Shown here: one piece after another, positions 1 through 10,279 of the stretch
Numbering within the stretch: the first letter of the stretch is position 1
How the letters are laid out: each line of letters begins with the position of its first letter
Origin: an uncultured bacterium
Lineage (GTDB): Bacteria; Bipolaricaulota; Bipolaricaulia; RBG-16-55-9; DRJF01
Reading direction: 5' to 3'
Assembly: GCA_913053845.1 (NCBI GenBank)
Contig: CAJXGD010000004.1
Location: 7,117-71,116, forward strand
DNA length: 64,000 nt
Notes under the pieces: model-generated
Databases searched by the model: none
Told to the model about the DNA's origin: nothing
Seen by the model: only the letters and a program-made list of their open reading frames with translations
Program-made: the position numbers and the translations under genes

Positions 1-1
1 T

Positions 2-1531
2 TTCACCTTCAGTCCGGCTCAGCCCAGCGCGGGGCTCCCCTTGACCTTCGATGCCTCTGCCTCCCGCGCCCCGGCAGGCAACCAGATCGTCAATTATGAG
101 TGGGACTTTAATAACGATGGCATCTTCGAGGTTTCCACCACCTCACCTACCGTGCAGCATACCTTCGATCAGACCGGCGATCATACCGTGGCGCTGCGGG
201 TGACCGACAACCGTGGGGTTACGGCCACCGTCAGCAAGAAGGTCACCGTGGTCGAGGTCAGCTCCGAGGCGGTGCAACAGATCTCGACTCCGGCCGCCGC
301 ACCGGGGATGACCTTCCGGGTGACCACCAATATCAAGGTGCGCACCCCGGTCAACGGCCTGGGCTTGCAGGAGAATGTCCCCGCTGGCTGGAAGATAACC
401 CCGGTGGATAACGGTGGCGCGACCTTCAAGCCTTCGCTGAACCAGTGGGTTTTCCCCCAGACAATTCGCTCCGGAGAGACCCGCCGCATCGTCTTAGATG
501 TCACCGTGCCCAATAGCAATGAACTGGCCAGCGGGCCACTCCCGGCCACCTTCGATCTGAGCTGTTTTATCGAGAGCGCCTCGCCGGCCTTTGAGATCAA
601 TTGCTCTGGCGAGCAACAGGTAGAGCTGGTCTCCTGCCTGCCGATCAAGGTGGCCGTGGCACACCTGACCCCGGAAGATGTGATTGACCTGCGGCTGGAC
701 GAGCAGATCACCGCCGATCAGTTGCAGCGCGCCGTGGGATTCTGGTTGGAGGATGCCGGCGTGCCGGGCACCTGCGCTGCAGCCATCTCGCTGGAGACGA
801 TGAAGGATATCACCGCCCGCGAGATCAGCGGCACCCCGGTGGATCAACCGTTGCCGGTGGATCAGCAGGTCGGGGCTACTGTGACCCGCACCATACTCAC
901 CCCGTTGCCATTTCATCAGGTGATCCCCAGCCGCGACAACGGCAATATCTTCCGCGTGCGCCTGCAGATAAAGGCCACCCGGGAGCTCGACGGCCTGGGC
1001 TTGAACGAGGTGCTGCCTAGCAATTGGAAGGTCCAGCCGATCGACAACGATGGGGCTTCATTCAAGGCCTCCACGCGTGAATGGCTCTTCACCGGCAAGA
1101 TCCGCACCGGGCAGCAGCGTACGGTGGTCTACCAGGTTACCGTGCCCCGTGACGAGCCCACCGGCTGCATCAATTTCCAAGGCCGGGTGGACTGCGCCCT
1201 GCCGCAGTTCGAGAGTGACATCCAAGGCGATGGCAGTATGCCGGGTATGCTGGCCAACCAAGTCTGTGTGGTGCAATGCCTCTCCGTACCGGTGGCCATC
1301 GCGCACTTGGATACCAGCATCAACGACATCAATGTGACCCTCTCCAACGTGATATCGTTCGATCAGATCCAAGCGGCGATCGCCTTCTGGCTGGAAGACG
1401 CCACCGTGCCGGGCACCTGCGGCAAGCAGATCGACTTCGAGATGATGAAGATGCTGATTGCTTATTGGCTCACCGGCGTCCCGGTCGATCAACCGGTCCC
1501 GGCAGGGGTCCAACTACCACCGACCAATTAG
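2..1531 (+). CDS. PKD-domain surface protein with two tandem [Ig/cohesin-like + helical dockerin-like] modules; 5' end lies upstream of the window
   Basis: Frame is open from base 2 (FTFSPAQP). PKD signature YEWDFNNDG...HTFDQTGDHTVALRVTD. Duplicated GLGLxExxPxxWK and FWLEDAxVPGTC segments. Confidence 0.8.
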   Translation, partial: FTFSPAQPSAGLPLTFDASASRAPAGNQIVNYEWDFNNDGIFEVSTTSPTVQHTFDQTGDHTVALRVTDNRGVTATVSKKVTVVEVSSEAVQQISTPAAAPGMTFRVTTNIKVRTPVNGLGLQENVPAGWKITPVDNGGATFKPSLNQWVFPQTIRSGETRRIVLDVTVPNSNELASGPLPATFDLSCFIESASPAFEINCSGEQQVELVSCLPIKVAVAHLTPEDVIDLRLDEQITADQLQRAVGFWLEDAGVPGTCAAAISLETMKDITAREISGTPVDQPLPVDQQVGATVTRTILTPLPFHQVIPSRDNGNIFRVRLQIKATRELDGLGLNEVLPSNWKVQPIDNDGASFKASTREWLFTGKIRTGQQRTVVYQVTVPRDEPTGCINFQGRVDCALPQFESDIQGDGSMPGMLANQVCVVQCLSVPVAIAHLDTSINDINVTLSNVISFDQIQAAIAFWLEDATVPGTCGKQIDFEMMKMLIAYWLTGVPVDQPVPAGVQLPPTN

Positions 1532-1578
1532 TTAGCAAGGCAATAATGAGGGCAACTGGCAGAAGCAAAAAGGGGATG

Positions 1579-3537
1579 ATGGACTTGACTAAAATGCGTA
1601 TAGGATTGGTCATCGTCATCGCGTTGGGGCTGCTGGCCGCCATCGGCCAGACCGGCTGGCAGCAGGGAATCTCGTTGCTACAGTTCAATCAAACGGTTGA
1701 TCAAAACCGCATCTTCGTCAAAGGCTCCGGCTTACAGCCTCAGTTGGCCCAGGTGACCTTGACGCTGCGCACACCGGCCTCGCTGCAGCGCCTGCCGGTC
1801 AACCTGCTGATCATCGTTGATCGTTCGGCCTCCACAGACTTGGCCGGCGAGCGCCAGGCGGCGCGGCAGCTCATCTCCGCCTTACAAGCGGGCGACCAGG
1901 TGGGCATCGCCTCCTTTGCCAATCAGGCGACGCTTGATCTGGCTTTAACGCCGATCGAGCAGAGCGCAGCGATCCAAAGCGCGCTCGACAACCTGAACTC
2001 CGGCGGCGCCACGGCCATCGGCGAAGGGATCGCCGTGGCCACCAATGAACTGAGCGCTGCCGCGAGCAACAGCGCCCTGCCGGTGGAAGTCTTGCTCTCC
2101 GACGGCTTCAACGATGCCGGGCGTGATCCGCTCGAGCAGGCCAAGCGGGCTGCCGATAAAGACATTACGCTCTACACCGTGGGCATCGGCCGCCGAATCA
2201 ACCGGGACCTGCTGGAGCGGATGGCCCAGATGACCGGAGGACAGTTCTTCCCAACTTTTAGCGACGCGATCAGCGACACCATCTTGAAGACTACCCTGCC
2301 CAGTACGGGTGTGCTGCGGGATATTCAGATCGTAGAGACGCTGAGCCAGGGCTTCAGCTTCGAGGGGGCTCAGCAGAACGCGCCCACCCAGGTGAGCACC
2401 AACCCCGACGGCACCGTGCGACTGGAATGGGATTTGGCCGCACTCAATCTGAACGAGAGTTGGACGACTATTTTTAGCGTCAGCAGCTCCAAAGCCGGCA
2501 GCTACTCGCTCAATCAAGCGCCTTCGCTGATCAGCTACAGCGATTTCCAAGGGCGCTCGCTCAGCAAAGACCTGCCGCTCATCCCGATGGAGGTCCGCCC
2601 ACCCTGTACGCCTCCGACGCCGGCCTTCGACTTTTCACCCAGTGCGCCCACCCGGCAGGATACGGTGCTCTTCAGCGATCGCTCCAGTTTACCGGGTGGA
2701 CAGATCACCCACTGGCGTTGGGAGTTCGGCGATGGCAGCAGCTCCGAAGAACAGAATCCCAGCCATCGCTACGCTCAAGATGGCAACTATCGAGTCACCC
2801 TCACGGTGAGCGATGATTGCGAGGCCTCGATCACGCGCACCATTACCGTCTTCACCCCTAAGCTGACGGTGAAGCGGACGATTGACACCTTCTTGCCCCT
2901 GGACGAGACGATCCCCGGGCAGAGCTTTCAAGTGACGATTGACATTCGAGCCAATGAGACGATTAACGGCCTGGGCATTCAGGAGACCCTGCCCAATACC
3001 GACTGGCAGGTGAAGCCGCTGGGCTCGGGCAAGGCTAGCTTGCACGTGCAGGGCTCCAATTTCCAGTGGATCTTTGCCGAAAAGCTTCAGGCCGGCGATA
3101 CCCGCCAGATCGTCTATCATGTCACCGTGCCCGGTCCGGACAAGAACGGCAAAGTGCCCGATACCTCCGCGCCGGGCGTCTACCAGATCAGTGGTCTGGT
3201 GAGCAGCGCCTCACCGGATATATCGGCCAAGATCACCGGTGAGAGTCAGATTCAACTTGATGACGGTTTTCCGATCAAGGTGGTGGTGGCGCACTGGAAC
3301 AAGGACGCCAATGGCGGCGCTGGGGGCTTGGACCTGACAGCCTTCCCCAAGCACACCATTGGGTTCGATCAGATCCAGGTGGCCATCGGCTGGTGGCTCA
3401 ATAATCAATCGGTACCCTATACCAGTGCTACTAATAAAGACGCCGACAACCTGAAACTGGACTTCAAGACGGTCCAGATGCTGGTGGCCTACTGGCTGAC
3501 CGGCACTTCGGTCTTCGATCCCTTGCCCAAAAACTAG
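1579..3537 (+). CDS. Secreted VWA + PKD domain protein with C-terminal Ig-like and helical module
   Basis: Signal peptide MRIGLVIVIALGLLAA; VWA MIDAS-like motif DRSAS, TAIGEGI, LLSDG; PKD WRWEFGDG. Start moved from 1276 to the ATG after an AGGGG RBS (1576, 1579 or 1594 possible). Confidence 0.8.
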   Translation: MDLTKMRIGLVIVIALGLLAAIGQTGWQQGISLLQFNQTVDQNRIFVKGSGLQPQLAQVTLTLRTPASLQRLPVNLLIIVDRSASTDLAGERQAARQLISALQAGDQVGIASFANQATLDLALTPIEQSAAIQSALDNLNSGGATAIGEGIAVATNELSAAASNSALPVEVLLSDGFNDAGRDPLEQAKRAADKDITLYTVGIGRRINRDLLERMAQMTGGQFFPTFSDAISDTILKTTLPSTGVLRDIQIVETLSQGFSFEGAQQNAPTQVSTNPDGTVRLEWDLAALNLNESWTTIFSVSSSKAGSYSLNQAPSLISYSDFQGRSLSKDLPLIPMEVRPPCTPPTPAFDFSPSAPTRQDTVLFSDRSSLPGGQITHWRWEFGDGSSSEEQNPSHRYAQDGNYRVTLTVSDDCEASITRTITVFTPKLTVKRTIDTFLPLDETIPGQSFQVTIDIRANETINGLGIQETLPNTDWQVKPLGSGKASLHVQGSNFQWIFAEKLQAGDTRQIVYHVTVPGPDKNGKVPDTSAPGVYQISGLVSSASPDISAKITGESQIQLDDGFPIKVVVAHWNKDANGGAGGLDLTAFPKHTIGFDQIQVAIGWWLNNQSVPYTSATNKDADNLKLDFKTVQMLVAYWLTGTSVFDPLPKN

Positions 3538-3579
3538 CAGGGATTGGCCGGCGCATCAAGAGAAAGAAGAGGTGCATTC

Positions 3580-4296
3580 ATGAGACGCACTAGAGCCAGT
3601 TTATTGATTGGACTGGTGAGCTTGCTCTTGGGGATGTCCGGACTGGCTCAGGCGGCTGGAGGGACGGCTCAGTTTGCCTATTCACCTGCTCATCCAGACA
3701 TCAATACCCCGGTAACACTCGACGCCAGCGCTTCCAGCTTGTCGGCCGGGGTGATCACCACCTATGTTTGGGACTTCAACGGCGATGGCCAATCTGACTT
3801 GAGCAGCGCTAGGGCACGGGTGACCCACCTCTTCGACCAGAGCGGTGATCGGGCGGTCAGCTTGAGCGTCAGCGATGCCGCTGGGAACTCTGCCAGCATC
3901 ACCCGAGTCATCCGGGTGGCCTCCGCACCGGTCAGGGTGCGCCGGACCATCTCCACGCCGATAGCCCCCAATCGGGTGGCCGCCGGGAGCAGCTTTCAAG
4001 TCACGGTGACGATTAAGACCACCGAGGCGATCAGCGGTCTAGGCCTGGATGAGGATCCTCCCCAGGGCTGGCGGGTCAGCCTGGTGAACGGTGCCGGGGC
4101 GGCTTACAAGTTTGACGCCACCCAATTCCTCTGGCTGGCGACCCTCAATCCGGGGGAGACGCGCCAGGTGGTCTATAATATCACCGTGCCGGCCAATGCG
4201 TCTCCTGGTCTATATACGCTGGCCGGCCGGGTGAGCAGCTTCTCGCCGCGTTTCAAGATCGAAGTTGTCGGCGATACGCAGGTGCAGGTGTTTTGA
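3580..4296 (+). CDS. Secreted PKD + Ig/cohesin-like domain protein
   Basis: GAGGTG RBS before ATG 3580; signal peptide ending AQA; YVWDFNGDG; GLGLDEDPPQGW domain shared with the two upstream genes. Confidence 0.8.
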   Translation: MRRTRASLLIGLVSLLLGMSGLAQAAGGTAQFAYSPAHPDINTPVTLDASASSLSAGVITTYVWDFNGDGQSDLSSARARVTHLFDQSGDRAVSLSVSDAAGNSASITRVIRVASAPVRVRRTISTPIAPNRVAAGSSFQVTVTIKTTEAISGLGLDEDPPQGWRVSLVNGAGAAYKFDATQFLWLATLNPGETRQVVYNITVPANASPGLYTLAGRVSSFSPRFKIEVVGDTQVQVF

Positions 4297-4306
4297 TCCG
4301 GAATAA

Positions 4307-4374
4307 GGGCGAAGCATTCGCCGTTGAACAATCAGACCTTGGTTGGGAACGATGCGCGAATGCTTCGCCCCTAC
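4307..4374. repeat. GTAG-type REP-like palindrome, also a likely terminator between convergent genes
   Basis: Perfect 15-bp inverted repeat gggcgaagcattcgc (4307-4321) / gcgaatgcttcgccc (4356-4370), followed by ctac. Confidence 0.7.
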
Positions 4375-6989
4375 TGAAGTTTCCCGTGACAGTGCTTATA
4401 TTTCTTTCCGCTGCCGCAGGGGCAGGAGTCATTGCGACCGACTTTGGCTTCGGTCCTGCGCGGCTTCCTCTTCACCCCGGTGGCCACCGCACCGCCATCT
4501 GACAAGGCACTGCTCTCCTCATGTTGGTAGGAGAGCGCTCCCAAACCGGCAGCCGGCCTGAAGCCGGGCCGCTCCTCGCGGGCGAGCTGCAGCTTGGGTT
4601 TGATCAGATAAGAGACGATCTGCTCTTCAACCCGCCCCAGCATCATCTGAAAGAGTCGGAAGGACTCGGTGCGAAACTCCACCAAAGGGTCCCGGCCTTG
4701 ATAGGCCCGCCAACCAATCCCCTCGCGCAGATCATCTAGGGCAAAGAGGTGCTGACGCCAGTCCTCATCAATAATATTCAAGATCATCAGCGGAGCGACG
4801 ATGGTGAAATGCTCGGCCAAGCGCTCCACCTGAGCGTGATAATTGGCCAACACCAATGCTTCGACCTGCTCGACCAGCTCATCGTAGGCCAGTTGGGCCG
4901 GGTCAAAATCAGGGGCGACGTTCTGGAAGGTGGCCAACTCCTTGTCCAATCCCTCCAGGTCCCATTTGTAGGGCTTCCCCGGATCGGAGCAGTAGCGTGC
5001 CACCAACCCTTGGCTATAACCCGCCAGCAGATTGGTCAGATATTTGTCTAGCTCCGCCTGTGTCTTTTGCCTGATCTCTTGCTGCTCCGGCCCGCTGCCG
5101 TCAAATGCTCCGGGCTGCTCCGGCAGGATGAAGCGATTGCGCAGGCCATAGATGGCCTCGCGCTGGCGGGCCATCACCGCGTCGTACTCCAACAGGCGCT
5201 TGCGGATGTCAAAATTATAGGCTTCGACTTTCTTTTGGGCCGTGCGGATCGCCCGGGAGAGCATGTTATGCTCCAGGTGCTGGCCCTCCTCGAAGCCCTT
5301 CATCATCCATTGGACCATCTTCTGCTCGCCGAAGAGCCGTATCAGATCGTCTTCGAGCGAGACGTAGAACTGTGATGAGCCGGGGTCACCCTGGCGACCG
5401 GCGCGCCCGCGCAACTGGTCGTCAATGCGGCGGCTCTCGTGGCGCTGACAGCCGACGATGTGCAGTCCGCCCAATTCAGCGACGCCCGCTTCCAGCTTGA
5501 TGTCCACCCCGCGACCGGCCATGTTGGTCGCCACGGTGATCGCACCGCGCTGACCGGCGTCTATGATGATCTCAGCCTCCTGCTCGTGGTGCTTGGCGTT
5601 GAGCACCGAGTGGGTCAGAGCGCGCTGCTTGAGCAGCTTGCTCAGATATTCCGACTTATCAACGGAGTTGGTCCCGATCAGCACTGGGCGCCCTGCCTCA
5701 TGTTTAGCTTGAATATCATCGGCCAGCGCCTCGAACTTCTCTCGCTCGGAGCGGAAGAGCATGTCGGGCAAATCCTGGCGGATCATCGGCTTATTGGTCG
5801 GCACGACTACCACGTCGAGCTGATAGATGTCTTTGAACTCATCTTCCTCAGTCTTGGCCGTGCCGGTCATGCCGGCGATGCCCTGATACAATCTGAAGTA
5901 GTGCTGCAAGGTAATCTGGGCCAAGGTCTGACTCTCGCGGCGGATTTCCATGCCCTCTTTGGCTTCCAGCGCCTGGTGCAAGCCATCGGAGTAGCGCCGG
6001 TCTTCCATCAGGCGACCGGTGAACTCGTCTACGATCATCACGCGGCCATCTCTGACGAGATAGTCTACGTCCTTGTGATAGAGCGCCTTGGCGCGCAAGG
6101 CCAGCTCCAGATGATGCAATAGCTCGACGTGTTGGGAGTAAATATTATCGACTTTGAGTAGCTCTTCAGCCCGCTGGGCACCCTCCTCGCTGAGATGCAC
6201 TTGGCGGGTCTTCTCGTCGAGCTCGTAATCGCGCTCTGGATGGAACTGCGGTGCTAAACGGGCGAACTGCTTGTAAAGCTTGGCCGACTCGGCGGTCGAG
6301 CCGGAGATGATCAGCGGCGTGCGCGCCTCGTCAATCAGGATGTTGTCAACCTCGTCAATGATGACATAATCGAGGCTAGTCTGGACATGCTGGTCGGCCG
6401 AGATGACCAGATTATCACGTAGATAGTCGAAGCCGAGCTGGGTATTCGTCCCGTAAATAATGTCGCCTTGGTAGGCGGCTTGGCGGTCTGCCGGATCCAT
6501 TGTCTCCTGCAGCAGGCCCACGCTAAGGCCCAAGCTGCGGTAGATCGGTTCCATCCATTCGCAGTCCCGTTTGGCCAGATAGTCGTTGACGGTGACCAGG
6601 TGAGCCTTGCCTACCAGGGCGTTGAGATAGAGGGGCATGGTGGCCGCTAGCGTCTTGCCCTCGCCGGTCATCATCTCGGCGATGCGCCGCTGATGCAGCA
6701 CGATGCCGCCCAGCACCTGGACATCATAAGGCCTCATGCCCACCTGGCGCTCGGCGACCTCACGCACGACTGCAAAGGCCTCCGGCAGCAGGTTGTCGAG
6801 CCGCTCACCCTGGGCCAGGCGCCGGCGGAACTCCTCCGTCTTGTCGCGCAGCTCCTCGTCGCTCAGTGACCCCGCCGCCTCGGCCTGCTCGTTCACCCGG
6901 GCGACGATGCGCCAGAGGTGCTTGAGCTTCTGCTCGTTGGTCTCACCGAAGATACGATCAACGGTATGCTTCAGCATGTCCAGGACCAT
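4371..6989 (-). CDS. secA: Preprotein translocase subunit SecA
   Basis: AEMMTGEGKT, VTVNDYLA, IDEVDNILIDEARTPLIISG, ATNMAGRG, QLRGRAGRQGDPG; C-terminal SEC-C motif CPCGSGKKYKHCH. Confidence 0.98.
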   Translation of the reverse strand: MVLDMLKHTVDRIFGETNEQKLKHLWRIVARVNEQAEAAGSLSDEELRDKTEEFRRRLAQGERLDNLLPEAFAVVREVAERQVGMRPYDVQVLGGIVLHQRRIAEMMTGEGKTLAATMPLYLNALVGKAHLVTVNDYLAKRDCEWMEPIYRSLGLSVGLLQETMDPADRQAAYQGDIIYGTNTQLGFDYLRDNLVISADQHVQTSLDYVIIDEVDNILIDEARTPLIISGSTAESAKLYKQFARLAPQFHPERDYELDEKTRQVHLSEEGAQRAEELLKVDNIYSQHVELLHHLELALRAKALYHKDVDYLVRDGRVMIVDEFTGRLMEDRRYSDGLHQALEAKEGMEIRRESQTLAQITLQHYFRLYQGIAGMTGTAKTEEDEFKDIYQLDVVVVPTNKPMIRQDLPDMLFRSEREKFEALADDIQAKHEAGRPVLIGTNSVDKSEYLSKLLKQRALTHSVLNAKHHEQEAEIIIDAGQRGAITVATNMAGRGVDIKLEAGVAELGGLHIVGCQRHESRRIDDQLRGRAGRQGDPGSSQFYVSLEDDLIRLFGEQKMVQWMMKGFEEGQHLEHNMLSRAIRTAQKKVEAYNFDIRKRLLEYDAVMARQREAIYGLRNRFILPEQPGAFDGSGPEQQEIRQKTQAELDKYLTNLLAGYSQGLVARYCSDPGKPYKWDLEGLDKELATFQNVAPDFDPAQLAYDELVEQVEALVLANYHAQVERLAEHFTIVAPLMILNIIDEDWRQHLFALDDLREGIGWRAYQGRDPLVEFRTESFRLFQMMLGRVEEQIVSYLIKPKLQLAREERPGFRPAAGLGALSYQHEESSALSDGGAVATGVKRKPRRTEAKVGRNDSCPCGSGKKYKHCHGKLQ

Positions 6990-7040
6990 GACTGGAATTT
7001 TAGAGTAGCAAGCCGCTGATTACAAGCGCAAAGGGATGTC

Positions 7041-7069
7041 TTGCGTTATCGTGAAAAATCTTGTAAAGT
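7041..7069 (+). promoter_or_regulatory. Putative sigma70 promoter of the vapBC module
   Basis: TTGCGT-N17-TAAAGT just upstream of the antitoxin gene. Confidence 0.45.
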
Positions 7070-7087
7070 AACCTTGAGGTGATTTCA

Positions 7088-7309
7088 ATGCGCACAACCC
7101 TGAGCTCGAGAGGCCAGACCGTCATTCCGGCCCAGATCCGCCGAACCCATCAAATCGGACCCCAGACCCAACTGGAGTGGATAGATGATGGGGAAACCAT
7201 CCGCGTGGTGCCTCTCCCGGAGGATTCAATCCGGGCAGCACAAGGGATCTCCGAAGGCCTGCGCCGCAGATTGGTGGAGGAGCGGGAGCAGGAACGACGA
7301 GGTGGCTGA
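7088..7309 (+). CDS. AbrB/MazE-family antitoxin (VapB-like)
   Basis: MRTTLSSRGQTVIPAQIRR...LEW swapped-hairpin signature; overlaps the downstream PIN gene. Confidence 0.85.
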   Translation: MRTTLSSRGQTVIPAQIRRTHQIGPQTQLEWIDDGETIRVVPLPEDSIRAAQGISEGLRRRLVEEREQERRGG

Positions 7310-7739
7310 ACTATACGTGCTGGATACCTCGGCTATCCTAGCGTTCACCGATGCCGAACCGGGAGCCGGCGAGGTCCGGAGGCTGTTAGAGGAGGCTAGG
7401 GCAGGGCGGTGTCGTATTCTCGCTTGTTCTATCACCATCATGGAACTCTTCTACACGACGCTCCGAGAGAGGGACGAGGATCAGGCAGCGAGGCTAGTAG
7501 CTCTGGTTAAATCCTGGCCAATCTCTTGGGTAGAGCCGGAGGAGAGGGTGTTGCTACAAGCGGGAAGATTGAAGGCTTGCTACCGTCTATCGGTGGCAGA
7601 CGCTCTGATAGCTGCAGTGGCCAAGTTGTATCAGGCGGTGCTCGTCCACAAAGACCCGGAGCTGGAGTCTCTGGGTCATGAAGTTCGACCGTTAAGCCTG
7701 CCCTTTAAGAAATCCCCAACAACTGATCTAGGCGCCTAA
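7302..7739 (+). CDS. PIN-domain toxin (VapC family)
   Basis: YVLDTSAILA, SITIMELFY, LSVADALIAA, LVHKDPE; GTG start at 7302 overlaps the antitoxin stop. Confidence 0.88.
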   Translation: MAELYVLDTSAILAFTDAEPGAGEVRRLLEEARAGRCRILACSITIMELFYTTLRERDEDQAARLVALVKSWPISWVEPEERVLLQAGRLKACYRLSVADALIAAVAKLYQAVLVHKDPELESLGHEVRPLSLPFKKSPTTDLGA

Positions 7740-7744
7740 CTGGG

Positions 7745-9925
7745 CTAGTGCCGAGCAGGGATCACTTGCAGCAACCGCTCGACTGCCCGCCGTTCATCCT
7801 GTAGCTGGGCTTCCTCCGCTTTGGCCCGATAGTAAGTATCGCTGGGCACGGTGATCGTCTTGACCGGATGGAGAACCCCCTCAAGCGCTTTCAACTTGCG
7901 GGCGATGATCTCACCAGCGTGAGCCAAGCTCCGCTTGGCCGGTCCGTATTGTCCTTGTTGCGCTTGATATTGGCCCAAGGCCAGATAAGCCCGCTGGTAA
8001 TTCGGATACTGCCCGATCAGTTTGTTCAGCAGCTCTAGCGCCTGCGGACCGGCTTGACGCTTAAAGGCCAGCAGCACTTGCAGATATTTTGCGTCCGCCT
8101 GGAGAGCAGGCTGGGGATTGGTGGCCAACAGTTGCTCCAGATAACGCTCGGCCGCTGCATATCGGCCCTGCTGATAGAGCAAGGTGGCCAACTGATAGTA
8201 GGAGCGCTCGACGTTGAAGTAGCTCAGGGAGCGTTTGAAGGCGCTGATGCTCTTTTCTTGCAGCGTCTGGCGCTTTTGCGCCTCAGTGGAGCCGTCGGCT
8301 AAGGCCTGGTAAGTGCGGGCCAGCCAGGCCAAATTCTCCGCCGGCGCGAAACTGAGGTTTACGCTGCGCTCCAACTCTGAGAGAGCCTGCTGATAATCAC
8401 CTTGGGCAAACTGGCTCCTGGCCTGGCTGAGGGCGATGTTACCTTGAAAACTCCGATAGGCCAACAGGCTGACTCCGATGGTGATAATTACCGTGATGCT
8501 GGAAAGTGCAGCCCCGGCCAGAGGGCGCAACTGTAGCGCGTGGCGTTTGGCTCCCAGCGCTGGCGCGTAGAGCGCACCTAGCAAAAAGGCCAAGACCATC
8601 GAGTTGGCCGGCAGATGCAGCGGAAAGCTGAAGAACGCATCGCTCAGAAAGGCCACCACGCCGCTGAGAAGCGCCAGCAAGGTGAAGCGGAGCTGGGCCG
8701 ATTTGACCGCCGGAATGCGGCGCAGCGTGCTCCAGAAGACCATCACGATCAGGAAAGCGCCGGCCAAGAGACCCAGGAGACCCAACTCCGCTGCGATCTG
8801 AATATACTCGTTGTGTGTGTAAATAGGTCGCGGGTTGTAGCCGATGGAGGCATGAAGTTTTTTGCCTTGAGGGGTTTGTAGGTAACGCGCCTTGTAGTGC
8901 AAGTATTGACGCTTATACTCCCCGATGCCACCACCGATCAGCGGGTGATCATAGAACATCAATAGGGCAATCTGCCATTCTTCCCAGCGCACTTTGAGGG
9001 AAGCGGAGGAGATTTTTCTGGAGATGGGCTCAAGCACCACTCGACCGCCCCAGAGGCTTCCGGCGATCCCTAAGCCGGCGACGAAGGCCAAGAGCAAGAC
9101 CAGTGCCCCACAGCGCCGGCTAAGAGCTAGTTGCGACCAACGCGCTCTGAGCTCGGCTAACAAACTGCCACGAGAGTAAAGCCAGAAGCCGGCCAAGAGA
9201 AAGCCCAGTGACAGGGCGAAGGCCAGCCAAGCAGCAGAGGAGTTGGCCGCCAAGAGACCCAGAAAGAGCAAAGATAATTCCAGCAATACTAGTAATTTCT
9301 CGGCCCAATGCGTCTTGGTCAGTAGCAAGCTCAGGCCTGGCACAAAGAGATAGGCCAAGAAGCCGGCAAAGTCGTTCTTATTGCCGAAGCTGGAGAGCAC
9401 CGCGCCTATTCCGCCTGAGACGCCCGGTCTTCCGGGCAGCAGGCCAAAATACTGCGATAGGCCATAGGTCGCCGCCAGCGCCCCGGAGAGCAGCAGTGCC
9501 CGCAAAAGCCAGCGCAGCTCACGCGCTGAGCCGATGGTGTTGGCGATCAGCAGGGCGAAGAGAAAGAAATATATCAATAAACCGATATTCTGAAAGCTGC
9601 TGCGCAAGGCTGTACTATGTAGCAGCGAAATCAGAGCTGCGCCGATCAGCAGCAGTCCCGGCCAGAGGAGGCCGGTGAGGTCCAGACGATAGCTCTTTTG
9701 CAGCACCAATTGGGCCAACCAGAGCAAGAGCAGCAGCGAGATGACCCACAGGGAAAAGATGGCTTTGCTGTAATCATACGATGTATTACCCGGATAAAGT
9801 AGCAGGGGTGTTACGAAAAGATAAGCCGCGCCTAGCCATAGCCGCAACCTGGGGAGCGCTCGGCTGAGCGCTTGAGCTGGAGTCGGCCGGGCGCTGGCCC
9901 GGTGGGTCTTCTTGCTTTTAGCCAT
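7745..9925 (-). CDS. O-antigen ligase (Wzy_C)-family membrane protein with C-terminal TPRs; possible O-oligosaccharyltransferase
   Basis: Many TM segments; SFGNKNDFAGFL, HPLIGGGIGEY, THNEYIQIAAELGLLG, FSFPLH; TPR-like helices at the C-terminus. Confidence 0.85.
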   Translation of the reverse strand: MAKSKKTHRASARPTPAQALSRALPRLRLWLGAAYLFVTPLLLYPGNTSYDYSKAIFSLWVISLLLLLWLAQLVLQKSYRLDLTGLLWPGLLLIGAALISLLHSTALRSSFQNIGLLIYFFLFALLIANTIGSARELRWLLRALLLSGALAATYGLSQYFGLLPGRPGVSGGIGAVLSSFGNKNDFAGFLAYLFVPGLSLLLTKTHWAEKLLVLLELSLLFLGLLAANSSAAWLAFALSLGFLLAGFWLYSRGSLLAELRARWSQLALSRRCGALVLLLAFVAGLGIAGSLWGGRVVLEPISRKISSASLKVRWEEWQIALLMFYDHPLIGGGIGEYKRQYLHYKARYLQTPQGKKLHASIGYNPRPIYTHNEYIQIAAELGLLGLLAGAFLIVMVFWSTLRRIPAVKSAQLRFTLLALLSGVVAFLSDAFFSFPLHLPANSMVLAFLLGALYAPALGAKRHALQLRPLAGAALSSITVIITIGVSLLAYRSFQGNIALSQARSQFAQGDYQQALSELERSVNLSFAPAENLAWLARTYQALADGSTEAQKRQTLQEKSISAFKRSLSYFNVERSYYQLATLLYQQGRYAAAERYLEQLLATNPQPALQADAKYLQVLLAFKRQAGPQALELLNKLIGQYPNYQRAYLALGQYQAQQGQYGPAKRSLAHAGEIIARKLKALEGVLHPVKTITVPSDTYYRAKAEEAQLQDERRAVERLLQVIPARH

Positions 9926-9973
9926 CTGAATTAGTCGGGGAGTTTGGTAGCTCGCCCTCCTCCAAGTTGGAAG

Positions 9974-10279
9974 TTATCCTTGGATTCTCCTGCGCAAGAC
10001 TTCATAAAATCCCTCTCTTGATCCAATCATAATGACTAGCACAACCGCTTGTTCAGGATATATTTCGTAGACAATTCTATAAGCTCGACCCTAGTAATTG
10101 ATGTGATAGGACCAAAGTCCCTTAAAATTATGGGATAAGGGATCCGCTTGATAAGGGTCTAGTGCGATGTGCGGATAATGCTCTTGCAGAATCTGTTTTT
10201 GTAATGTCTTATCCAGTCTTTTGAAGTCATGCTTGACTCTACTGTAAGTTTCGATTCTGAAGGAATTATCACTCGGCAA
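9974..10279 (-). pseudogene. RelE/ParE-family toxin interrupted by an in-frame TAG at 10091-10093
   Basis: Reading through the stop gives GLWSYHINY*GRAYRIVYEIYPEQAVVLVIMIGSREGFYEVLRRRIQG, a complete 101-codon RelE pattern ending at TAA 9974-9976. Confidence 0.8.

Noticed and set aside
1276-1578. N-terminal extension of the VWA protein in the ORF track
   Set aside because: Overlaps the upstream gene; the RBS and signal peptide indicate a start near 1579. Similar over-extensions were trimmed at 13033, 30656, 31404, 54771 and 62160.
10091-10093. Pyrrolysine or alternative genetic code as the explanation for the relE TAG
   Set aside because: TAG terminates secA, tricorn, DUF58 and others at their expected ends; no pyl genes in the window.
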